From Pocillopora damicornis (lineage: Eukaryota), in NCBI RefSeq assembly GCF_003704095.1, contig NW_020844410.1, positions 62,001 through 126,000 of the forward strand: a stretch of 64,000 nucleotides of DNA. Reading direction: 5' to 3'. This document shows, one piece after another, positions 1 to 14,100 of the stretch. Each line of letters opens with the position of its first letter. Within the stretch, counting starts at the first letter, position 1. Under the pieces are notes generated by a model. The model was not told the DNA's origin. It made no database searches and worked only from the letters and a program-made list of their open reading frames with translations. The translations under genes and the position numbers were made by a program.

Positions 1-238
1 AAAACACGAGCAAAATTTAATTGAGAATTAACATCAAACCTCACAAAAATAGAAAACAATTCTTCTTACTGTTAATTGTTACCACTGTTTGAATTAATAA
101 TGAGGCTCTGATTGAAAGTCAGAAATGCACTAGCTAGTCGGCTTTTGGTTTACTTTTTATAAGTGGCAAAGTGTGCAGCGTTAACGGTAACGCTTGGCTA
201 GTTTTCTATTTACTAAACAGATCAAAAAACGGTCTTAC

Positions 239-520
239 CTGTTGAATCGCGCGTGTCTGTCGCTGAAGGATTAATCCTCGTCTTTCGAGCTGGTTTTCGA
301 AATATGTTCTTTGAGTCGTCAGTTTAAGAGCGGCAGCCGCAGATTGTTCACTTGCTTCTTCATCTTCTTCACAAGTTTCAAACACCAACACGTAATCAAT
401 TCTTCGCCTCGGCTCACTACTGCTCAAATAAACTCCTTCGTTATCATCCGTGATAAAATTTTCTGAAACAGTTTCATACTCTTCTTCGTCCAAAAGTCTT
501 GATAATTGTGTTTTACTCAT
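239..520 (-). CDS. ANO: Anoctamin/TMEM16 paralog A0, first coding exon (rest of gene lies beyond the left edge of the window)
   Basis: 94 codons MSKTQLSRLL...GVYLSSSEPRRRIDYVLVFE...FENQLERRGLILQ, the anoctamin N-terminal motif. It ends at a phase-0 donor CAG|GTAAG at 239/238, the same position as in the other paralogs. Confidence 0.85.
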
Positions 521-1312
521 GTTCGGCTTGTTGAAAGCAAACTGAACTCAAGTAGCACTTCGTGACTCGAAAAGTGTTCAAAACCACTAAATCACTTCCC
601 CTTGAGGCACTATACTATTCTTTGAAAACAATGCTACGTGCCTTACTCGGTATTTCTGGAGTTCACTCGAGGACAAAGTCTACTCAAATGAGCATAACAA
701 TGCAACTGCAGGACTTACTTACGCATTTTGATAAGAAAACCTGAACTAAATTAAAAACATTGGTAAAATCTTCACAGGGGCTTCCGAATTTTCTAACGCT
801 GTCAATTCAAGATCGAGAACGACGCTTTTTAACTAATATGTTTAATTGGAGGCGCTTCTCTTCGGCAACGGTATCTAATTTAAATTCACTGTACTTGCTA
901 GTCATTAATTAGATTTTTTTCTCAAAAGAGTCAACCTCCATCATGAACGGAGTTGAACGAACCGGCTTCTTTTATTTCCCAGCACGTTATAAATAGCTGC
1001 TAACGAAAAGGAGCTTGTGTTTTGGGTTACGTCCCACAAGCGAGAGCCTTAGCCAGTGAATTAATACAAAATTAAAGTCCTAATATATTTGCCTTCCTAA
1101 ATTTCTTTATTTAAAACAATATAAATTCAGCTATAGAGCTAAGCACTAGCTGAAATGAAACTGTGAAAATGAAGCACAGACATATTTTAAGCTCCCTATC
1201 TTCCACTCGCCCAAGCAGAAATCTGGGTGATTAAGGCAATTCTAAAATTTGTGGTGATGTTTTATTCCGTCGAGCTTATCTTGGTCAGTAAATATCAAAT
1301 CAAAGCTCCTGC

Positions 1313-2527
1313 GTAAATACATCTTTTATTTGCCGGCTGGGAGGTCCGTATGGTGAAAAACTGCGACCAAGGTCTTGAAAATACTGCCTGAGGTCACAGT
1401 TTTTCACCATACAGACCGACCCTTAGCCGGTAAATAACATATTTATTTTTTTAAACTTGACGAAATTCTTTCCGAAAGAACTCGAATGATTTAGGGCTGT
1501 AAATACGGTAAGATCTTCCATAAACTGAACAATTTTTGAGCGAGTAAATGGTAGTTAAAATAGAGGTGATACAAATTAAATAGAGATGCCTCACCGAAAC
1601 ATTTTCATTTCCGTAACGATGAAGGTGATTTAAAAGGCTTCCAAACAAACTTTGAAACATCTTTTTTTACAAGTATCTGTCACAATCTGACACCTGTCAA
1701 TTAGGGAGCGCGTAAGAAAAAAAAAGCGCAAGAACCTTTGAAAAACAACGGAACTAGTTTGGCAAAGACTGTCACGACAATGTTTTCTTCAAAAACAGTC
1801 AATGATCTAACGGAAAGTATTATTCTCTCTCATCGACGATTCATTCATGTACGAAGATTTACCTCTGTTCATTTCAAGTAAACGGCGAGGAGAGTAATTG
1901 TGAGTAAATTCAAATTTTTTATTTTGAAGTTGTGAGAGTTTGTTTGTTTGTTTGCTGCAATGGCGTGTGTAAATCTGGTCTTTCCTCCACAAAAACTAAA
2001 TTCGAATGGCACCCTCCGATGAAACACACGGGGATTCAAGCGGCCTTTTCTCATTAATTTTCCTTCAGTTTCTGTTGTGCAATTTACAGTACAAATGTCC
2101 AAATTGAACGGACTTGGAAAGACTCACCGAGAGCGTATATTTGTTGTAGAACTTAAATTAAAACGTCGCTCGCTCTTTCACTACGAACAAATTGTTTGAG
2201 AAAATTCAGATATTAAATGAATGAAAGTTCCGTCGTTCAGTTTAACTGTAACCAAATACTTCACGTTTTAAGTGATTTCAGAGAGAGGAAAGAGAGGATT
2301 CATAAGTTACTTCTCGGCTTGAGGTAGTGACCGACGTGTTTGCTTAAAAATACTCCCCAGCCGGAAAAACGAGATATATTTATGAAAAATGGCAACGAAA
2401 GTTGGGATGTACTCGGCGACTCACGGAAGCGTTACCGTGGCCCGTGAGGAGAGATAGGAAAATACTGACCGGGTAAAGAACCAATCAGATTGCAGGATTC
2501 GTTACCGTGCCCTCTCAAAAAAATAAT
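1313..2527. mobile_element. Non-autonomous element with a long terminal hairpin (Crypton-like architecture); far boundary approximate
   Basis: Hairpin arms 1343-1368/1392-1417 (24/26 complementary) plus outer arms 1326-1338/1425-1437. Short A/T inverted repeat at ~1442-1452 and ~2517-2526. No coding remnant recognised. Confidence 0.45.
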
Positions 2528-4576
2528 TTCTTAGTATGTCTCCATTTAAAGACAAATGTCAACCTCCGTGAGGCGTTAAGCTGACAGAACTGGCTTTCCG
2601 CTCACGAGTTATTCCTACTCCCGTTTCTCTCGCGGAGTAGAGTTCACCCAAATTTCAATCTCAATTAAGGCAAATAATTTATCCAGTTCACGATGAGTAA
2701 GAACCTAAAGTTTATATATCCGAGCTACCACTTTGAAAAAATCTTCATCCAACAACAAGCGTGTAGCAGTATGACTGTGCAAGCTTCCTCCCAACCCTCC
2801 CCCCCTCCCCTGCATAACTTAACCCTCCCCACCAAGGCCTTAGAAATGAAATTCATTTCATTAATAAAAATTGTCTTTAAGTGATGGCCTTAATATGGCA
2901 ACAAGCAGCAGTTCCGTTTGAGAAAGCGTAACTGAAGTTTATGTTTTGATAAGACTTATATTAAGGCCCAGCCAGCATAACAGGCGTAATTTTTTTCACG
3001 TTTTTCAGGCGAACGGAGGCGAACGCGAGGCGAGCGCGAAGTGTTAGTCACGTTCGAGGAGAGAAGCACAGAGAAAAATAACGCCCGTACGCATACTATT
3101 GTTCAAGATCTTCCGCCCCTTCATACACATCCAATCAACAACTAATCCCAAGAGCTGACTTTTAACACCTGTGTGTTATTTCATTGGATCTCTGTAAATT
3201 TCTCGTCTTCAGCAAGCATAAATGTTTGTAATTTCTGTCCGCCTGGGTCGAAGTATAAATTGTTTACAGGTGGGGTTTTGACAATTTGTCATCATTTAGA
3301 AAGGAAACCATTTTTCCAAAACGCAAACGTGTTCTTTAGTCAAGCTAATGGCTCCCTATCTCTTGATTCCCTCGTTCCTCGCCTTCCTTTCGTTTAACAA
3401 AATGCTATTTCCTCATTTGTGTTCCCCAAAAAGAATAACATGGCTACACAGCTAACCTTTCTCCCAGAGTTCTGTGATCCTTTCCTCCTGGTGCATCCTG
3501 ACTATGGCACCCGCCACCCAAGCGGGTGGTTAATACACACAGTCATATTTCTGCCCGGCGCTGACATATGAAAACCGCAGGAGTGAAAGTTATAGAACTA
3601 AAATAACTTAAAAGTAAAGACTAGGATCTCAATTAACGTGCGGCTACCGAACCCTTCTGGTTATAATATGATGCTACTCTCCTCTTTAGCCTGGTTATTT
3701 GTCCCAAACTCTGCGCGTCCTTACACTGGCTCGGAGAAGTTGATCAACTAACTTGAACTCAAATCACAGGTCGAAATGAAAAAGTTTATTTTTTCGCTAA
3801 CCACAAGAATTGTATCAGGATAAAGGCAGGGTGCTGACCAAAATAGCTTGAGCTGGAGAGGAAATTCTCACACTCAGCTTTTGATTCCAGAGCAACCGCC
3901 AAAGCTTTTAAGGATGACAGTGTAGACTTAACACCGATCATTTTTAAAACCAGCATGCCTCATCTGGTATATGGCAGTGTTTTGGCCTGGAGAAATTCAA
4001 GGTGTGACTTGATGATGGGAGACACTTTAATTTTAGAGATCTTTAATGCTGTAATACTAATGATTACTGAACTCAACATCACGTAGAGAGGACGTTTTAC
4101 AATTAATGATAAACCAAATGCATCGCAATATTGATTAGATGATGGCAAAAAATCAATAGAAATACGCGCGTCATATTTTTTCATGCACGCCCGGAAGGTC
4201 CTGGTAGCTTGATGGAGAAATTTTACTCCTGAAACATTATGAAAGACTCTTAGTGACGAATTTACTTTCCATGTATTTATAGACGCTTTTCCTCTTATGA
4301 TAACTTGTTTTCTAGCTTATGGGACTTGTCAGCGGCAGTGGACTGCAATAGCAGAATCAACCAGTCTCACTTTATCTCACAATAATATACGTAGTTTTGC
4401 TGTTTAAAAGCCTGGGCGTAGATTCCCCCCCCCCCCCCCTCCCCCAGAAAAAAGCAATTTTAAGCATTCAAGTTCTTACTGATAATTTTCCAAATTTTTA
4501 TCGTCTTTTTTATGTAAATAATGAATTGAAATTGGTGTAAGAAGTTGCATGTGTATCACACCTAAGATAATTAGGG

Positions 4577-7500
4577 TTAAGACTCGTATGTTTGATCAAA
4601 TTTTTTGCTTTCAACGTTGATTTCATCCAGGGCATCCTCATACTGTGTTACGTTATCATCCTCTTCTTCCTTAAGTTCCTCGATGTCACTGTCGTATTCA
4701 GGAGTATAGAACACTGTCTTGACCATTTCTCTTTCTCTTTCCATAATAAACTGCAGCTCATCAGGCTTGTCAGGCACCAACCAAGCAATAAATCCTGTCA
4801 CAGTGTAAACTACAAACTGAAATACGAACACGAAGGCCAACCGAGCAGTTAGGAGGTGCCAGTATGCTTTGGAGAAGCCATACGGGTAAGTGCTATCATG
4901 GTATCCAGGGTATCTATTCACAGAGGAAACAGAACATGAAACGAATGCTTTTTTTTGTGTGTATGGCAAATACTGTAGGGTAAACATCTGCCCCAAGACT
5001 ATTGTACCTCTTGAGGAGCGCAAGGAAGCTGAAAACAGCAATTAATCTAGGTTAGATCGGTCATTTCTAGGACAGATTTCATTTCAGAAAGACAGCAGCT
5101 CCAAATGAAGCTACCCTAAGTTACCATGAACCTCCCAACACTCTAAACACTCTATTGCTATTGCGATGAAAGCTATTTAACTACCTGCAATGACTTCTTG
5201 TGTAGTTTAGATTTTCTGTCGGGTTGTCTGGCTGGGTTCCATTTTCCCATGAGTAGAGGGTATCCAAATCAATGGCAGCTAGTGTAAAATTAACGTATCC
5301 CTTCAGAGTGCCTCCATATGAGGAATGACGATCAGGAGCGTACATGACTTTGTAAAGGAGTTTCGGGATAAACTCTGAAGTGAACGCGAGTATGAACGCA
5401 TTCACCAGCACTGAAGCTCTTGTCACAGCTTCCAGGACGTCGTACCAGGCCCCTATGTCCTCAACACGGGCGACATCCGGTCGGCGAAAGTGGCACAAGA
5501 ACTTGATAGCGTCCAGACGGATCTCAATGACGGTGTTAATAAAGGCAAACAACGGGCCGAGTGGGAACGCAGCCACAAACATGGTCACAAAGCCATACTG
5601 TAAAACTGAAATTAGTCAAGAATGATTCAATTCTGAGATTGCCACCCTTTGCCTCAGTGAGCATACAATCTAGATGTATCAGCAGAGGCGAAAATGCATT
5701 TTATAGACTAGTTCTATGTTATCTTGAGATAACAGGGCTTCGTACAGAAGCGGCTACATGAGGTCTCCACCAAGTAGCTGTAAATGGGGAAAAAAATTTC
5801 TGAAAGGGATCTTTAGACTGTAACAGTAAAGTTGGTGTCGATATTGGCGAATCACGATGCGCAAGTTTACCAATTAAACGAGAGAAAGACCGAATATTAT
5901 ATTCAAATACACATCGATTTATTATGCAATATATATATATATTTATTATCATCGTTATTATGACTATGATCATCATCATCATCATTATTATTATTATTAT
6001 TATTCTCATGATTTGAATTTTTCAATGTTCCATTTGAGTTACAAATTTGCTCCACTTGCTTAGCAATCATGAACTTGGCCTTACAACGGCTTTTGAAAAT
6101 TCAGTTGAGTTGAAAAGATATCAATTTCCACAATATTTAAAATTCTTACCAATTTCTAAGTACTCCCAGAACATGTAATGCTTTTCACATGCAGTTAGAT
6201 CGTAGTCGCTTTCGTACTGACGACAGTCATCTGGATTCTCTTTGTTACGCCGATTCTTCAACAGACTCAAATATCTAAAACCAAATGAGAGCATGCGCAC
6301 TTAGAATAGGCTGTTAGGTTTGAAACTGTGCTAACGAAAGAAATAAACAAATTCCGAAAAGATTCAAGCTCTCTAAAAGAACGTCCTTGGTACTTACGGC
6401 ATCGCCATTTCAAATATATTGAAGAAAATCTGCTTTCCCACCATGATTATAAAAAGTTGAACAGCAAGTTCCAAAAAGCATCCCTGCTCGCTGCAGCCGT
6501 CTAATCGATACTTGCTCATCAGCCTCCTGTATTTTCCAGGAGATCCCACAATAAGGTTTGATTTAAAGAAAGCAATATAAAATAGGGCTGAATAGTTATT
6601 GACGAACTGGAAAGAAGACATTTTCCATGTGAAACTGTCCTTGTAAGCGCTTTCTGTGGGTGGGTTTTCCCAGTCAGTGAGCCAAATTGCCAGCTTCTCG
6701 TACACTTTGGACAAAAACATTATAAAAACAAGATTGATAAGCGCAGCCGTTGCCGCCGTGATGATACGAGCGCGTTTTTGAACATTGTTGTCCCTGCTAC
6801 CACTCAGTACAGCAAACATGGCGGCACGGTATACCACTACGCCAACTGCAGCTCCGAGAACTAGAAGAATCATGAAAGCTACCACGGCAAAGACTGTGCC
6901 ATATCTTCGGTACGTCTTAACCTTGGAAACTACAGGTTCTATTTTTCCGGTCTCTGGGTTACGTTTAAAGAGAAACATTTGCAACTGTTCTTTTGGTAAA
7001 CTTTTCCTGTATTCAGGACGAAATTGTTCTTCTTCTTCCTCAAACTCAGAGGTGTGCCATTCTTGAGCGAGGGATGCTTGGCGACGTTTCCAAAACTCAA
7101 GGAATAGCGTGGCCCAGATGGCCACAACAAAAGCAAGGAACACAGTTCCATCGTTGTCAAGCAGATGCGTTGTGTAAGCATACATGCAGACGTCGGGAGC
7201 TAGATTCCAAAAGCTGCACTGTTTGTCACACAATGGACACATATACCAACGACCTCTGTTTTTCTCGTCGCAAAGATCTTGAACAGGGATGTAGGAGCCT
7301 GCTGAGATAACACCAGCGATGAATACCAGCAAGCCAACAATAGCAAGAGGAAACAACATGGCGGTGTAAAATCCGAGCCAGGCAAAATAGAGGCCGACTT
7401 CGTGTCCGAAGTAATCCTTGATGGCATCATAAGGTTGATGCTTGAAGAATCTGCCAAATCTTGCCCAGTCTGCTTTCAGCTTCTGTCGATCATTTGTTGC

Positions 7501-8792
7501 AGTTTCTCCTTTTTCCTGCGAATCTGGGCCATCATGAAGTGAATACCCAGCGAGGTAAGCCTGATCCAGAAGAAGCCTCTGTAGCCCCACCCCGTCCGGT
7601 CCTCTCGCAAACCGGGCATTTTGAAGCAAGTGTTGGACGATGTAGTGGCGATCCAAGACGTTGAAAAAGCTCTCTTTGTCCTCGTTGTTCACATACTCGC
7701 TCAAGTAATCTTCTAAAAAGGGAGCCATGTAAAAGCTCGGCTTTTCGCCCAGGGTGGAATCATGAAGGACAAAAGGATTTTTGCTTTGCAGCTTTTCGAA
7801 CAATTTGTGACCAATTATATTCTCTATCCATGAAGAAAATACCGCGTCATTGGGTCGAAGAGGAACCTTTAATCTCATCCGTTCAGCACTCTGTGCCAAC
7901 ACATTCCAAGGCGCATGGATCAGCACAAAATGACGTTCTATTTCTGGATCCTGCATAGTGCATGAAAAGTAAATTCAAAATTTTACATGAACATTGATGA
8001 TATAAACAAGAGCTAATCGAATTTAAACTGGAAAAGGAGAGAATGTGCGGCTGTATTATAAAACATTTCATCGCTGTCCCTTCCCCCAACAGTCTCCTCT
8101 ATCAGCAACGTAATTCACCCAGGCGGTTACTTTTCATGTAGCTAGCTTAAGTAGTTCCTACTCTTAGCGTGTCGATGCGATGGTACTTTTACCGCAAAGC
8201 TTTACAGGGTAAATATTTTTCTTCAAGGCTTTAGTGAGTACTTGCAACCATTACCCTGCAATTAATATTGAGATTCTCCTATTCGTTTGAGTTTATAAAT
8301 CAGATTAAAGAATGTTAAAAGATCGATAAAATTCTAGGCGGTTATTGTTAGCTATGAAAACTTGGAGAATGAAAATTTACTGAAAAGCCCTGCGAATAAT
8401 GCAAATTAAAACATGGCCCTATAAGCCTCTAAATAAATATTGAATGTGATAAAATGAAATAGCAATAATAGAATTTCTAATCTATAATTATTTACCTCCC
8501 CGATGATCACAGTCTTACGCTGCAGATCTAACCCTAGTTTATTTTCAAGGCATTTTTCAAATGAATATCGCCATGCGAGAAGTTTCCTTTGTTTTGCGAG
8601 AGCATCATCATCCATTCCACTGACATCCTTTGGAGTTTCGTAAACCAAAACGTAATCAACATGCTTTTCGTAGGTTTTATTTCTCTTGTGTAGTTCGCTT
8701 GGATCGTCTTCAAGGGATACTTGCGATTTTTCATTCAACTCTATCTGGATGTTATCGATTCGGTCCAATCTCGCATAGGATCCCCTTTCCAT
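4577..8792 (-). CDS. ANO: Anoctamin/TMEM16 paralog A1 (Ca2+-activated channel/scramblase family), 5 exons, ~910 aa
   Basis: Exons 8792-8496, 7950-6398, 6274-6150, 5605-5185, 4913-4577, all GT-AG and phase-consistent (2733 nt). Motifs: [104 protein letters not shown]. Confidence 0.93.
5926..6005. repeat. Compound microsatellite (AT)n/(ATC)n/(ATT)n
   Basis: Visible directly; it accounts for the spurious ORF 5719-6009. Confidence 0.85.
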
Positions 8793-11121
8793 ATCAATTT
8801 TATATTTCCAGCTTTGCAACGGTGGCCAGGTGATGACAGATGCGATTAAATTAAGGAATTCTTGTTGGAGAAATACGTTGGCAGGATGTGTTAGGTTCAA
8901 TGTCCTTTTAAAGCAGGCGAAAATTTCAAAAGGCGTTAAGAATGGCTTCGAAATGCGAATCAGCGTTGAAAAACTCGCGCCGTTATTATTAATTCAAGCT
9001 GCTTTTATGATATTTTGGAAACACAGAGGCCCATGACAGCATTAATAATTTATTACTAGAAATGATGCTTCTGTACTTGTAGTTAATGGAAATGTCTGCT
9101 CAATTATCGTAAAGCGGCTTTGTGACAACAGTCCGATTCATCATCTCATGCGAAAGTAAAATAATTATACTGCAGGAGCAATATTTCGACTAAGTAACTA
9201 TCGGTCATAGCGAAGTATGTTAAATAGAAACAAATCGCTTTCAAAGCGGTCAAAAATTTGACAGGAGCTTGGCAAATTTTCGTCCTTTAAATGGTTTTTA
9301 CTGGCTCGCTATATTTGGATGTTTTCCAACGTTTTTGGTGTAGAGAAAACTCTTCATGCTCGAAAACATGAAGGTTAAACATAGATGATATGCAATGAGG
9401 AAGATAACCTTTTCAAGGAACATAGTGGTACTTTTTTTTTTAATTATCATGTGAGTCATTATTACGTTTTGGGCTGAGGAGTATTCAGAAAACACCTGTA
9501 GCTGAGAATGAAGCGAGCGCTCCAGGGGGTGACCAAACAAAACAAGCTGACTCATAATTCCACCAGCAAAACTGAACAAAAACGTGGATATAGAACACCT
9601 GGTAAACTAAGGAGGGCGTTGGCGGTTTAAATGACCAACTGGTACGTACAAATGGAGTAAATGATAAACCATATGAATGATTGGTAAACACTAGAGTAAA
9701 ACATTTTAGGTACACCGTTATGATAAAATTATGATTAAGGATGATACCTATTGTGGCATGGAAAATAATTACTTCAGACAGAGTTTTGCCGAAATTGTTT
9801 CAAAAGGTTGTAATTGTTATCCTCTGGTGTTCTGCATCACATACGATTGATATCATCACAGGTAAAAAACTTCTAAACGACATTTGTATCCAGCGGTGTC
9901 CATTGGCTTGACTGAGGACCCTTATTTTCAAGAGAACTGAATTTCTTCAGGCTACCATCGGTTATTTTGTGCGGAGGCTTTGTGCATTGTAAACCCATTT
10001 CAGGTTTATGAAAAGAAATTCGAACTGGAAGACAAAAGATAAAGAAATAATGCTATTATTCCCTTAGGAAATTAATAATTATGTTTCTTTTCACCCTGCA
10101 GTTGAACGATACTTTTATTACCTGTGATAAGAGGTCTGATAAATAGGGACAGCTTTACCGCTGTCTAATCCTTTTGGGACGGAGAGATTTAAAATGTCCG
10201 CAATAATATAGGAAATTTCATTCAAAGGTTTTCCTCGAACTTATGTGTGAGAATCAGAGGCTGCTTGTGAGAGTATCCTGTGACAAAGCTCTCTTCAACT
10301 TAAAAGGGAGAAAATGAAGCAATTATCGAGAACGCTATCACAAACCCTAAGGGTTTTTTAATTCTCATCTTAGATGAAAATGATCATTTGTAACTTTGCA
10401 GGCGATTAATTGAAGATTCAATTGTAGTTTATTGCAATCTCACGCTGGGTCTTTTACAGAGAAAAAAAAACACTTTACAACCAATGATGCTTTTCGTTCT
10501 TAACATTTAACTCTAGAGCACCAAGCGAAATAATCAAACACTTTTCTAGATTAAGGTTATCAGTAACGGTTTCTCAACTAAACCACTGTTTATATAACAG
10601 GGAGTTGAGTATGTTGAAACTGCTGGGAATAATCAGCACGGAGAGCCAAAATATAAATGCAAGATTCGAAAATATCGAATTAGTTTGAGATATGGTACTT
10701 GCTCTGAAATACAATAGAACATGAAATGAACATTCTTACGTCTCAAAATTTAGAAGGGTCAAAACCGCGAAAATTGCTTATTATATAAAAATAATTCAAC
10801 CTTTTACCAAAAGGAAATTGTAAAGTACAAGATATTCCTACATGTTCAGAACACATTGCACGCAAGTAAATTTTCTCTAAGCTATGAGCCAACTAATATG
10901 AAAAGGTTTAACTACGTAGAAAAATTCAAAGCCCTTGGAAACAATTGAAAAATGGGCATTTGAAATGGCGACAATGCGAAAAATTTTCGTGTATTCCTCA
11001 TTTAGCTGAAAGAATAATTTTTTAAGATCTGAAATTTCCCTTTTATATTTGTGGCTCGTAATGGTCAGTTATGTAGTCTACTTCTACAGTTGTTTTGAAA
11101 TTATGTCAAATATTGATCTCA

Positions 11122-14100
11122 TTACAGCATCTCATTATCCGGGGGTACGTGATGGTCACCATTGCTTTCATCAATATCATACTTCTTTCTAAACGCCAAC
11201 TTCGTCAAATGCTGTTCTCGTTTGGCCTTCAAATCCAGATCCTTTGGAACATCAGGTACCATGTAGGCGATGAAACTTGTGATGAGGTACACAGAGAACT
11301 GGAACACAAACACGAAAGCGAGGCGCGCAGCTATCACGTGCCAGTATTGCTTGTTCTGTTTGTAAGGTGGAGTCGATGCAAAATAGCCATGATATCTAAG
11401 ACAGAAATAAAGAATCACTTAAGTCGTAGATAGGCAATGTGATGTAATATCTGGAAGAACTTGAAAACCCGTTCTCAAACTCATTAAGACACGCCAATTT
11501 CGTCACGTGCATTCCGGTGAAACACCGAAACGACGTGCTGTCTTTGAGTTTCATATAATATCAAACCCTTGAGTTTAATAAAGCATCAAACCCTTGATTT
11601 TGATAAAGCATCAAACTCTAGTGAACTCATTTCTTAATATGAATATTAATAACGCGTATTTGAATACTTAAAACAAAGACACCAACATGAACAAACAACC
11701 TTGTGATAACATTATTCACAGACAAATCACCATAACAATACAATTTTTCGTAACAACAAACTTGCCGACAACATGTTCGTGAATATGTCCATTTTCTTTT
11801 TTTCCTGAGGCACAATTAAGAAGCTATATCAAAAAAATCGTGCATCGGATTTCACCAGGGTTCCCAAACACTCGAAAACAATAAAAGCATCATCAGTTTC
11901 ATCAGTTTTCTCGTGTTTGGAAACCCTGATGAAATCCTCGCACTCGTTTTTGAAATAGTACGTCGATGATTCACCCAGGCTAGAACCCAGTCCTCTTACA
12001 GTAACCACAAGAACACAACATGTCACGTCGAGTTTTGCATAAAATGATAAAAAGATACGTTTGCATTATATAAGAAAAAATGGGACCCCCTCGATATCAT
12101 TCATAAAAACAACAGCAATCGAAAAAAAAAAGAAAAAAAAAAAAAAGGAAATTAGGAAATTAAAACAACGTAGTTACCTGCAACTGCTATTATGATAACG
12201 AAGATTTTCATAAATATTTTCTGGTTCTGTTCCAGGTTCTTGCTCGAACAGGTAGGAGACATCAATAGACGCCAAAGAGTTCTCTATGTATCCATCCAAC
12301 GTACCTCCTCCTGTAGAGTTGCGGTCTGGAGCATACTTCATTTTGTAAAGAAGCTTTGGGATGTACTCTGATGTAAAGGCCAGCACAAAGGCATTTACCA
12401 GGACTGAAATTTTTGTCACACCCTCAAGGATTCGGAACCAGGCTCCGATATCTTCAGCACGTGCAGCGTCTGGCCTCCTAAACTGCGATACAAAGTTGAT
12501 GGCGTCTACACGGATTTCAGCTATAGCAGTAAGGAGGGCAAAGAAAGGACCAAGAGGGAATGCAGCCACGAACATGGTCACAAATCCATACTGTAAAACT
12601 GCAAGTCGAATAACATGTATATATTAGACGGTATATAGAACGAGCGTTACGTGTCCGAGCATGGGCATCTTTTCAATGTGTTCGCTGAGAGAAAAAAAGA
12701 TATCGTAATTTTGATGACGCTCACCTGTTCTTCCCTTTTAGTCACTGTTGATCTAGGATTGATTTCGATCAAAGCACCACGCAGTTTATAGAGTTACACA
12801 ATTTGGACTAATAAATAATTTAAATATATCGCCTAATTTTTGTTTGTAAGAGGTTTTCAAGAAATGTTGAATTACGTAAGGTCTTTAGAAAACAATCCAA
12901 ATTGCGATATATTGTAGAACGGCGGATGAAGCTTCTAATGTGAAATTGTCACTGAATCACAAAAATATTACAGCTTACCAACTTCGAGATACTCCCAAAA
13001 CATGTAGTGGTCTCCTTGAGGACTCAGATCAAAGTCAAGCTGGTACTGTGGTTGGTCTTTGTCAGTTTCTTTGCGCCTCTTCAACCAGTACATGACATAT
13101 CTGTGAAGAAATTACGATAACTTATCTCTAAGCATTGCAATTGAAAGCTGCTGGTAAGCAAGGCAAAAAACTAAGTCAAAGTAATTGTAAAATCAAGAGA
13201 ATATGTGAAGCTGATAACACAAAATTACCTATACTGGCAGAGTGCAGTAACGTTTTCCAATTGAAAAAGATACCCAAATTCTTACATTTTTCAAGATTGT
13301 TGTGAGACATAACTCTAACTCTTCAAGAACACAGTTTTAGATGTGATATCGTATTCTCAGGTCGTTGAGAGAGAGGTTACTCATTTATTGGGTGTTTTTT
13401 AGCGACCTATTTTGTTACTTACGGTATAACAACTTCAGTGACGTTGCCAATAATCTGCTGCCCGACCATGATGATGAGAAGCTGGACACAAAGCTCTAAG
13501 AAGCATCCTTGTTCGCTGCAGCCATCCAATCGGAATCGACCGCCTATGCGCTTGTACCTGCCAGGGGTTCCAACCACCAGCCCTGACTTGAAAAAGGCGA
13601 TGTAAAAGATTGAAGCATATGTATTCACAAATTGGAATAAGTACATTTTCCAAGTAAAGCTGTCTTCGTAGTCGGTGCGCGTAGGTGGGTTCTCCCAGTC
13701 AGTCAACCAGACGGCCAATTTGCTGTAAGCGAACTTCAAGAGGTTGATTGCGAGAAGATTGAGGAGAGCTGCAGTTGCTGAGGTAATAATCCTGGCACGT
13801 GTTTGGATTTTTTTGTCTTTGTTTCCACTTAAGGAAGCAAAAACTGCAGCTCGATAAACGACTACACCAACCACAGCAGCGATGACGAGGAAAATCATGA
13901 AGATAATAATGCTGAAAACCCCACCATACCGCCTATATAGAGTTAACTTGGGTACGTACGGTTCCATCTTTCCAGTGGCTTCATTTTTCTTGAGGGTAGT
14001 TACGGTTGAAGAGTACTCAGGACGAAGAGGTTCCTCTTCTTCTTCAAAGTCATCTGTGTGCCACTCTTGAGCAAGACTAGCCTGCCGACGCTTCCAGAAC

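Noticed and set aside
5719-6009. ORF MRIIIIIIMMMMM...
   Set aside because: Translation of an intronic microsatellite.
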